Source: Podarcis filfolensis (lineage: Eukaryota). Taken from it: a DNA stretch of 64,000 nt. Below, piece by piece: positions 59,401 to 64,000 of this stretch (position 1 is the first letter of the stretch; each line of letters starts with the position of its first letter). The position numbers and the translations under genes are program-made. Location of the stretch: NCBI GenBank assembly GCA_964270895.1, contig OZ185435.1; one strand, 5' to 3'. The notes below the pieces were generated by a model. That model was not told the origin of the DNA. It saw nothing but the letters and a program-made list of their open reading frames with translations, and searched no databases.

Positions 59401-61800
59401 GAGCAGGTAAGTCTTCGCATGGGAGAGAATAAGCAGGTGGGTGGCTGAATGGGTGGCTGGATCAAGCCAGGGCTGTGAAGAATTTGCCTACAACAGCCCA
59501 TTGCTATTAGGACACTGAGTTGTTCATCTTGACTTATAAGGCAATATACATAACTTTTATAACTCCAAAGGGGTAAGCATAGGCATTGCGATCGTCTCTT
59601 GAAGCAAACAGCCTTTGGAAAAAAACATTTTAGTTAGCTAGTTATTTGCCTGCTTTTTAGTGTATCTACCTCCCAAGGTTGGTTACAACATACCAATGTA
59701 CAGTATTAAAATTCCAAAGTTTCAAAGAACAATAAAATAGCAAGTAACAACATTTATAGACCCACAAATAAAATTGCTCCTTCTGCTATTCACAGGCTCA
59801 TGAAAGTCTCATTGATGGCCATTTCCCTGGTCCAGAGGAGACACTGCAGCACTTGGCTGCTCTGAGGCTGCAGTACCTCTATGGCGATATTTCCAAAATC
59901 TCCTGGTCCCTGGACAACATCTATCCAGTGAAGAGGCTGAAGTCCAAAATCCTGCAGTCCATGAAGAGTAGCGGTCCGAGCAGCCATGCCCTGGAGAAAA
60001 GGCGGACCAGCTTCCTGGAGGGCACTCTGAAGCGTAGCTTTAAGGCGGGCTCAGTGAAGAAGCAAAAGGTGGAAGAGGAGCAGATGATGGAGATGTGGGT
60101 GAAAGAGGAGCTGTCTGCGGCTCGGGCCAGCATAACAGAAAAGTGGTGCAAACTGCAGGGGCTGCTCCAGCAGCAAGCCATGGTGGCCTACATGAACATC
60201 ATGAAGGAATGGTCGGGCTACGGCTCCACTGTCTTTGATGTGGAGGTGAGAGAGACACAAGAAGCCTCAGTATTAATCCTTCTTCTTTTGAAAGATGCTA
60301 CAGGAGGATTATGTTTATTATCTCAGTTGCACTTCGTAAGAACCTTCAAAGATGGTTCCATTTTATTACCCCCACTATTACAGATTGAGGATTGTGGGGG
60401 AGGGAATTGAGGTGCAAGCTAATCGACGAAGAGCCAATGTGGGTGTAGCTAAGAGCATTGGGCTAGGAGGGAGGACACCCAGGTTCAAATCCTGGCTCAG
60501 TCACAGCTAAATTACCTCACAGCATTGTTTGGAGAATAAAACAGGGAAGCAGAACAGAGTAGTCAGACCTGAACTGTCTGGAAAGGCAGGATGTAAACAC
60601 AATAAATAAATATTGGCTACCAAGCCTGTTCATGGTTGAGCTAAGATTTGGCAGATCCCATTAAAGAATGAAGTGGAAATCGAAATAAATAAATTAAATA
60701 TTTAGGGTCTTACTTTGACACAATTTTTTAATTATTTGCTTTTGAGGTGGGAATCTTTACTAATTACTCTGGGGTTTCATTGGATTTTTTTTGGGGGGGG
60801 TGGAGAGAATTGGTTTTTGACCAGGGGCTTTCAGTTTTCGGTTCAGTCGCCCACTGCATGCTTTCCCCCCCAAGCAACACCTTCCCTTTGCTAAATCTTC
60901 TTGTTTCTTTCCTGCAGTGTAAGGAAGGTGGCTTTCCCAACGACCTCTGGCTTAGTGTCAGCACAGAGAATGTGTCGGTGTACAAACGGGGAGACCCCAA
61001 ACCCCTAGAAACGTTCCAGTATGAGCACATTGTCTTCTTTGGGGCTCCCCAGCCCAATACCTTCAAGCTGACAGTGGATGAGAGAGAGATGTACTTTGAA
61101 ACCCCCCAGGTATGCTTCATGGAACGCTAAGTTAGCCTGTTTTGTGGGTGACCGCAAGGACTTTTGTGCTGAGGCAGGATTGGGTGGGCAAAAAGCATAA
61201 GCCGAAAGCCTTCCTTTTTAAAGTATGTTGCAGGGGTGGGGAACCCTTTTAGCTCCCCAGATTGGCCACATGGGTCAGATTTGACAGGTGGGTGGGGCTT
61301 AGGAATCACCAGTCACAAAGCTGGCAAAGCATTTCTCCCTCCCGTTCCCTGAGCAAAGGAGGGTGGGGGGAGCAAGGAAGACACCTGCATTTGACAGATT
61401 TTTTGGGCTGCCTGTGCCTGTTCCTTGAGTGGAATTTAAACCCCACGTGCAAGCGGGGCTTGAATTCTGCTCAGGGAACAGGTATGCACAGCCAAAGAAA
61501 TCTTTCTTGCGTTTCCCAAAGTGACAGTAGCAGTAGGGCTTGGGAGAAAGAAAGGGGATACAGAAGACCCTTTGCAAGTCCCCATTCCAGTTACATTCCA
61601 TTGGCTTCTGGCCACCATCAGAAATTGCTGCTATATAACTGCTCAGTGCGTTAAGTGATCCTGACCGCCCCCTCTTATCTTATTAGGTGGGAGAGATCAT
61701 TAAAATCATGAAAGCCTACATCAACATGATTGTGAAGAAATGTTGTAGCATCAAATCGGCCACCAGCCTGGACAGTCGTGCGAGTATCTGGACGAGGTGA
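4267..61800 (+). CDS. MYO10L: Unconventional myosin-X-like gene (motor-3xIQ-SAH/CC-PEST-3xPH-MyTH4-FERM); 40 coding exons, first ATG exon not located
   Basis: Spliced translation is colinear with vertebrate MYO10: [62 protein letters not shown] to IVKK. All introns GT-AG with compatible phases. Paralog versus ortholog status is inferred from divergence and not proven. Confidence 0.95.
5673..5831 (+). CDS. MYO10L: exon 3 ([37 protein letters not shown])
   Basis: tccag|..|gtgagt, 159 nt, phase 0-0. Confidence 0.95.
6177..6219. repeat. (AC)n(AT)n microsatellite
   Basis: Direct read. Confidence 0.95.
7929..8320. mobile_element. Degenerate fold-back element with about 100-bp imperfect inverted arms
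   Basis: gtttagc..gtgcac..cctct..gaagcttt mirrored by aaagcttc..agagg..gtgcac..gctaaac. Confidence 0.45.
8378..8505. repeat. Palindromic or fold-back MITE-like hairpin
   Basis: Arms at 8394-8423 and 8445-8475 are reverse complements with few mismatches. Confidence 0.7.
9996..10183 (+). CDS. MYO10L: exon 4 ([26 protein letters not shown])
   Basis: tccag|..ag|gtgagg, 188 nt, phase 0-2. Confidence 0.96.
10581..10715 (+). CDS. MYO10L: exon 5, P-loop GESGAGKT
   Basis: taacag|..ag|gtacaa, 135 nt, phase 2-2. Confidence 0.96.
11458..11582 (+). CDS. MYO10L: exon 6, switch I ([21 protein letters not shown])
   Basis: cctag|..t|gtatcctt (U12-type donor), 125 nt, phase 2-1. Confidence 0.96.
11583..11932 (+). 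other. U12-type (minor spliceosome) GT-AG intron, 350 nt
   Basis: 5' site GTATCCTT at 11583-11590; branch point TCCTTAAC at 11914-11921 close to the AG at 11931-11932; no long polypyrimidine tract. Confidence 0.9.
11933..11946 (+). CDS. MYO10L: exon 7, 14-nt micro-exon (YLLEK)
   Basis: ctcag|ATTTATTGGAGAAG|gtgagt supplies the conserved myosin YLLEK motif and restores frame (phase 1-0). Confidence 0.93.
12453..12724. mobile_element. Tigger-like MITE, family B, 272 bp
   Basis: 22-bp TIR CAGTGGTGCCTCGCAAGACGAA (1 mismatch), TA TSD, CpG-rich, internal gcggcttag repeats. Confidence 0.9.
13087..13171 (+). CDS. MYO10L: exon 8 ([22 protein letters not shown])
   Basis: ttcag|..g|gtaatg, 85 nt, phase 0-1. 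Confidence 0.96.
13982..14300. mobile_element. hAT-Charlie-like non-autonomous element (degenerate)
   Basis: caggg(g)tggggaac start with gagggccacatt..ggatttggccc motifs typical of this group. Confidence 0.5.
16232..16335 (+). CDS. MYO10L: exon 9 (..[15 protein letters not shown])
   Basis: tacag|..|gtgagt, 104 nt, phase 1-0. Confidence 0.94.
16373..16511. mobile_element. hAT MITE of the ctacaactcccatca type, 139 bp; degenerate relatives near 17120-17215, 46415-46525, 50930-51085 and 63155-63290
   Basis: TIR (t/c)aggtgtg..cacacctg; 8-bp TSD ctttaggc/cattaggc. Confidence 0.8.
17634..17763 (+). CDS. MYO10L: exon 10 ([24 protein letters not shown])
   Basis: agcag|..g|gtaagt, 130 nt, phase 0-1. 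Confidence 0.95.
18360..18478 (+). CDS. MYO10L: exon 11 (..[21 protein letters not shown]; Glu at TEDS position)
   Basis: cctag|..cag|gtaagt, 119 nt, phase 1-0. Confidence 0.95.
18981..19479 (-). mobile_element. 5'-truncated L1 LINE: ORF2 C-terminus, 3'UTR and A-tail
   Basis: Minus-strand [31 protein letters not shown] resembles reptile L1 ORF2 ends; AATAAA and A-tail; 18-bp TSD cagccaggcaaaactctc at 18963-18980 and 19480-19497. Confidence 0.9.
21080..21302. mobile_element. Tigger-like MITE, family A copy 3, 223 bp
   Basis: Same TIRs with TA flanks. Confidence 0.9.
21780..21926 (+). CDS. MYO10L: exon 12 ([13 protein letters not shown]..switch [14 protein letters not shown])
   Basis: cctag|..cag|gttaga, 147 nt, phase 0-0. 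Confidence 0.96.
22211..22387 (-). mobile_element. tRNA-derived squamate SINE (Squam3-like); other degenerate copies near 34975-35118(-), 54500-54670(+), 56058-56245(+) and 57978-58125(-)
   Basis: Minus strand ggggaagggctgtagctcagtggtagagc..tgcatgcagaaggtcccaggttcaatccc (A and B boxes) followed by a non-tRNA body. Confidence 0.8.
22495..22710 (-). mobile_element. MIR/L2-like SINE fragment interrupted by (TAT)n at about 22549-22590; relatives near 26715-26930 and 60430-60610
   Basis: tttatatcccacc..acaaccctgtgaggtag..ggtcacccagtgagcttcat signature. Confidence 0.6.
22978..23078 (+). CDS. MYO10L: exon 13, relay helix ([22 protein letters not shown])
   Basis: cacag|..ag|gtagtt, 101 nt, phase 0-2. 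Confidence 0.96.
23447..23513 (+). CDS. MYO10L: exon 14 ([22 protein letters not shown])
   Basis: ggcag|..aag|gtaggc, 67 nt, phase 2-0. Confidence 0.95.
23880..24069 (+). mobile_element. LINE (L2-type) 3' end with compound (TTA)n(TGA)n tail
   Basis: gccgcccagagtggctgggg..gggcggggtataaataataaa(tta)n; an inverted copy lies at about 34580-34770. Confidence 0.65.
24101..24193 (+). CDS. MYO10L: exon 15 ([31 protein letters not shown])
   Basis: tacag|..|gtaagt, 93 nt, phase 0-0. Confidence 0.96.
24357..24387. repeat. (AAT)n microsatellite
   Basis: Direct read. Confidence 0.95.
24830..25080 (-). mobile_element. L2 LINE ORF2 remnant
   Basis: Minus-strand [25 protein letters not shown] resembles L2 LQLVQNAAARL. 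Confidence 0.75.
26079..26147 (+). CDS. MYO10L: exon 16 ([18 protein letters not shown])
   Basis: ttcag|..gag|gtaagt, 69 nt, phase 0-0. Confidence 0.95.
27142..27224 (+). CDS. MYO10L: exon 17 ([19 protein letters not shown])
   Basis: tgcag|..ag|gtaagc, 83 nt, phase 0-2. Confidence 0.96.
28067..28175 (+). CDS. MYO10L: exon 18, loop 2 ([20 protein letters not shown])
   Basis: tgcag|..agg|gtagga, 109 nt, phase 2-0. Confidence 0.95.
28844..28924 (+). CDS. MYO10L: exon 19 ([22 protein letters not shown])
   Basis: tttag|..aag|gtgact, 81 nt, phase 0-0. Confidence 0.96.
29678..29802 (+). CDS. MYO10L: exon 20, SH1/SH2 region ([19 protein letters not shown])
   Basis: catag|..ag|gtaaaa, 125 nt, phase 0-2. 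Confidence 0.95.
30457..30571 (+). CDS. MYO10L: exon 21, converter ([14 protein letters not shown])
   Basis: ctcag|..aag|gtatgc, 115 nt, phase 2-0. Confidence 0.95.
33152..33164 (-). promoter_or_regulatory. Perfect DR1 nuclear-receptor element (GGGTCA-A-AGGTCA)
   Basis: TGACCTTTGACCC on the + strand; a motif match only, function untested. Confidence 0.45.
34580..34770 (-). mobile_element. L2-type 3' end with (AAT)n tail
   Basis: Reverse complement of the 23880-24069 element. Confidence 0.65.
37398..37504 (+). CDS. MYO10L: exon 22 ([14 protein letters not shown]1 [12 protein letters not shown])
   Basis: accag|..ag|gtcagt, 107 nt, phase 0-2. Confidence 0.94.
40015..40065. repeat. (CT)n microsatellite
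   Basis: Direct read. Confidence 0.95.
40591..40893 (+). CDS. MYO10L: exon 23: IQ2 (IQKNYRA), IQ3 (LQKHWRG) and ER/K single alpha-helix
   Basis: ctcag|..ag|gtacaa, 303 nt, phase 2-2. Confidence 0.93.
42723..43022 (-). mobile_element. Sauria SINE, 5'-truncated
   Basis: aaaggtaaaggg..ccgggtcatgt(a/g)gccagcatgac..ggagcggtacctatt..ggagctcacccc; matches the 55291 copy in reverse. Confidence 0.9.
43387..43426 (+). CDS. MYO10L: exon 24, 40-nt small exon ([14 protein letters not shown])
   Basis: tttttgaacag|..cag|gtgtgt; the exon I found that bridges phase 2 (exon 23) to phase 0 (exon 25); helical E/K/Q content. Confidence 0.8.
44595..44797 (+). mobile_element. CR1-type LINE 3' fragment; relatives near 10343-10420, 15764-15842, 19700-19860(-), 47770-47830 and 49985-50097
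   Basis: Recurrent ctgaataccagttgct..atgct(gg)actagatgggcc..ggctcttcttatgtt motif; family assignment from memory. Confidence 0.55.
44926..45708 (+). CDS. MYO10L: exon 25: coiled coil ([23 protein letters not shown]) and acidic PEST region
   Basis: ttcag|..tcg|gtaagg, 783 nt, phase 0-0. Confidence 0.94.
46296..46347 (+). repeat. 25-bp direct duplication atagaagaaaggcaggatataaata at a retroposon tail
   Basis: Exact copies at 46296-46320 and 46323-46347. Confidence 0.85.
47405..47528 (+). CDS. MYO10L: exon 26 ([19 protein letters not shown]), start of split PH1
   Basis: tccag|..g|gtaagc, 124 nt, phase 0-1. Confidence 0.92.
48331..48574 (+). CDS. MYO10L: exon 27: PH1-N and PH2 ([25 protein letters not shown])
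   Basis: gcaag|..aa|gtatgg, 244 nt, phase 1-2. Confidence 0.95.
49381..49476 (+). CDS. MYO10L: exon 28, PH2 ([31 protein letters not shown])
   Basis: ttcag|..ag|gtaggg, 96 nt, phase 2-2. Confidence 0.95.
49844..49937 (+). CDS. MYO10L: exon 29 ([20 protein letters not shown])
   Basis: tacag|..|gtgagt, 94 nt, phase 2-0. Confidence 0.95.
51429..51484 (+). CDS. MYO10L: exon 30, PH1-C ([19 protein letters not shown])
   Basis: taaag|..ag|gtaagc, 56 nt, phase 0-2. Confidence 0.95.
51930..52670 (-). mobile_element. L2 LINE 3' fragment with (ATAC)n/(TTTA)n tail
   Basis: Minus-strand [32 protein letters not shown] resembles L2 ORF2 VTSRLDYCN..LQLVQNAAAR. Confidence 0.85.
52976..53118 (+). CDS. MYO10L: exon 31 ([23 protein letters not shown])
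   Basis: ttcag|..g|gtatga, 143 nt, phase 2-1. Confidence 0.95.
53915..53968. repeat. (CTTT)n microsatellite
   Basis: Direct read. Confidence 0.95.
54172..54366 (+). CDS. MYO10L: exon 32, PH3 ([20 protein letters not shown])
   Basis: atcag|..g|gtaagg, 195 nt, phase 1-1. Confidence 0.96.
55096..55253 (+). CDS. MYO10L: exon 33 ([31 protein letters not shown])
   Basis: ttcag|..|gtaagt, 158 nt, phase 1-0. Confidence 0.96.
55291..55635 (+). mobile_element. Near full-length Sauria SINE
   Basis: Pol III A box TGGCGCTGTGG (55301-55311), B box GGTTCGAATCC (55356-55366), ends in cctttaccttt. Confidence 0.92.
56394..56439. repeat. (AC)n microsatellite
   Basis: Direct read. Confidence 0.95.
56812..56935 (+). 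CDS. MYO10L: exon 34 ([24 protein letters not shown])
   Basis: ttcag|..t|gtgagt, 124 nt, phase 0-1. Confidence 0.96.
57046..57210. repeat. Short palindromic MITE-like repeat
   Basis: Ends tttacagtgcaa..ttgcactgtaaa are inverted; internal cagaagtaagt/acttac motifs. Confidence 0.5.
57579..57876 (+). CDS. MYO10L: exon 35, MyTH4 (..[22 protein letters not shown])
   Basis: tgcag|..ag|gtaaga, 298 nt, phase 1-2. Confidence 0.96.
58521..58728 (+). CDS. MYO10L: exon 36, MyTH4 end and FERM start ([24 protein letters not shown])
   Basis: accag|..gag|gtaaga, 208 nt, phase 2-0. Confidence 0.96.
58931..59067 (+). CDS. MYO10L: exon 37, FERM ([22 protein letters not shown])
   Basis: tgtag|..ag|gtaggt, 137 nt, phase 0-2. 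Confidence 0.96.
59280..59406 (+). CDS. MYO10L: exon 38, FERM ([20 protein letters not shown])
   Basis: tttag|..cag|gtaagt, 127 nt, phase 2-0. Confidence 0.96.
59796..60245 (+). CDS. MYO10L: exon 39, FERM ([33 protein letters not shown])
   Basis: cacag|..gag|gtgaga, 450 nt, phase 0-0. Confidence 0.96.
60918..61109 (+). CDS. MYO10L: exon 40, FERM F3 ([22 protein letters not shown])
   Basis: tgcag|..cag|gtatgc, 192 nt, phase 0-0. Confidence 0.96.
61687..61800 (+). CDS. MYO10L: exon 41, last coding ([25 protein letters not shown])
   Basis: attag|GTG..AGG TGA, followed at once by a second TGA at 61801-61803. Confidence 0.95.
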   Translation: MGEIIKIMKAYINMIVKKCCSIKSATSLDSRASIWTR

Positions 61801-62150
61801 TGAGGCCTGTGGCGCTGCACTGAGCCCTTGAGGAAAGATACACACTGTGTTCCAGCCAGATTTGTAGCAAAAATCCTTTTTCGTAAGAAGGAAGAAACAT
61901 CTCCCTTTTTTCCTTTGCTTTGAGAGAAGGAAAAAGGGACTGATGCTGAGCACCCACAGCTGCAGGGCTTGCTCTTTAACCAAAACCCCAACCCCGACTA
62001 CTCTGGCTAGCTACTCAAGGCAGCTGGAGGCCAGGCTCCCTCTGGCCTCACTCTTGGAGTAAAGACCTTACTGCAGATGCAAAGTGAGACCACCAGAAGC
62101 AAATGTGGCTACCTTTCTTGAAGAGATTGAGGCGCGGAAATATTTTGTGC

Positions 62151-62156
62151 AATAAA
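62151..62156 (+). terminator. Candidate proximal poly(A) signal AATAAA
   Basis: First AATAAA after the stop codon; G/GU-rich sequence follows. Confidence 0.55.
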
Positions 62157-63925
62157 AGCAGCAGAAAGGCGGGTGGGTGGGTGGGGAGTCTCAATGTTGT
62201 GCTGTGATGCACCAAGCAAGATTCCCGCGTGCGCAAGAAATAGAGGCTCCCGTTAATTTGGCAGCCAAGCTCTCCAATGGTAAAGACTAAACTAACCCTT
62301 TGGGGGGCTGATGTTCGCTCAGGGATGAGCTGCTACTACTGAATATAGTATTGGGAGCTTCTCTGCTGCGTGGAGGGGCGGGTTGTGTTGTGTTATCAGT
62401 ATTACCATCCCCAGAGGTTTAAGGTTTAATTACTTCCAAATCACAGAGTTTTCAAAGCTACAATTATTAAAAGGCCACCACTCTGTTTGATGTTAGCGGA
62501 GATCCTCACAGAGGCTTGTGACTCTCGAAGCAGGATCCTTATGGAAACCACCAGCTGTGTGTAAAACGACACATATTTCTTTTGGTGCTGTTCTTCCAAG
62601 CCCTTTGGAGAAGAGCTATTTCTCATGGTGCATGTTTGGAGAGTTTGCCACTTGGTAGTATAAAAAAACCCATTTCTCTGATGAGTCCAGGGGGTGAGAT
62701 TTGTGGATAGATCTACGTGTATCCAGTTGCAAGGAGAACAGTCCCTTTTCCCTAATCACTTTGATGCTGCTTTCCCTTCCTTCCTGGAGTTTGGGCTGCT
62801 ATTATTCCTTATCCTTTTCTATAGGCTAGTTTTTATGCCACACAAAGCCTTGGGAGGTTACAGATAGTAAAACAGACTAAATGAATGGATTTTGAGAAGG
62901 TAAGAGGAGGGAGCTGGCTGCGAAGGCGGCAGAGAGAAAAACCAACTAGAGTCAAGGTAACTGAGAACACAGAAGGCTGAAGGAATCATCTGTGCTTGAT
63001 GAGGTAGGGAAGGAACAGGGCACAGGGAGGAGTCAGATGAGTTGGCTGCACATCTCTGAATCCCCACCTGTCGGAGGACTTGCTCCATTCTCTCCTGAAA
63101 CCTTCCAGCATGCCAACCTGGGAAGAATGGGTTTATCCTGTAAGCTGCTGAAGCCCTAGGGCAGGGATGGGGAATCTGTGGCCCTCCAGATATTCCTGGG
63201 CTACACTTTCCTTCATCCCTGTCCATGGGCTGTTCTAGTGGGAGCTTATGGAGGGGTTATGAAGACCAACAAGTTCCACTAGGCTAAGTGCCACATTGGT
63301 CCATTGTGGTTGCTTAGAAAGGCCATGTACATAAGCCCTCCAAAGTTAATAGCTTGCTGTGGGTTGGCAGATGACAGGTGAAAGGCAGTTAATGCAAAAT
63401 ATGTCTCTTTATCCTGCTTCTGCTAGCAGTAGGAAAGGGGTAAAGAGGTGGATAAAGTATTGCAATCCAGTCCCCAAAGGGTTCAAATCTTACTCTGCCC
63501 ACCTTCTGAGACATCTTTGGCCATTACCCAGGTATTTGTAAGCATCTTTTCATAGCCTATGGGGCTAGGGACTTAATTTTTTTTAAAGAAAAATACAGCC
63601 AAGATTCTCAGGATCCTGAATTCTTTGTCTACTATCCATTTCTACGTTTGTGTAATATGAGGGGAATTATATTCAACTATGCCTTCCTCTCTAAGCACAA
63701 AGGCAGCATTTTTCCCTATTCCAGGCTATTTTGGGGTTTTCCACTTTCTTTTTCAGCTAGGTAAATCAAGCTGCCAATCTGCTCTGACCTACCAAGGTTG
63801 AATTTCAAATCTCTTGTCCAGTCCACTCAGTAAAACCCAAAGAATCTGGAACTTTTCCTCTACAAAGGATTGTCCAATCAGGGATCTCGTTTCCACACTC
63901 CCATCCCTTTGTCCCGGGGAATGCA

Positions 63926-63931
63926 AATAAA
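63926..63931 (+). terminator. Candidate distal poly(A) signal AATAAA
   Basis: Motif only. Confidence 0.3.
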
Positions 63932-64000
63932 GTAAGTCACACCTGTCTGAAGAAGCCATCCAGTGATGTAATTATAATTGCTTTCTTTTTTATTGAAGCG

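Noticed and set aside
1-64000. CRISPR array, prokaryotic defence system or operon
   Set aside because: The sequence is a spliced vertebrate locus. The repeats are microsatellites or TE copies, with no repeat-spacer periodicity.

Overview
Vertebrate genomic DNA from a squamate reptile, probably a lacertid lizard (inferred from the Sauria SINE, L2 tails and MITE families). The window is almost entirely one + strand gene, a class X unconventional myosin (MYO10-like). I traced 40 GT-AG-bounded coding exons by hand from 4267 to the TGA at 61798-61800. They total 6141 nt, giving 2046 aa plus stop, in one continuous frame across all 39 junctions. The protein has an intact motor (P-loop, switch I/II), 3 IQ motifs, an ER/K single alpha-helix, a coiled coil, an acidic PEST region, 3 PH domains, MyTH4 and FERM. 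Only the ATG-bearing first exon is not confidently found. Exon numbers below assume it is exon 1. Best leads: (i) a candidate ATG exon in intron 21, in frame with exon 22, that would give a motor-less 'headless' isoform by a different route from mammalian headless Myo10, with promoter-like motifs upstream; (ii) a U12 minor intron feeding a 14-nt micro-exon; (iii) a young L1 insertion with a perfect 18-bp TSD; (iv) candidate poison or truncating splice events; (v) a G-quadruplex at the poly(A) site. No prokaryotic, CRISPR or genuine tRNA/rRNA features were seen. All motif and isoform calls are by eye and unvalidated.
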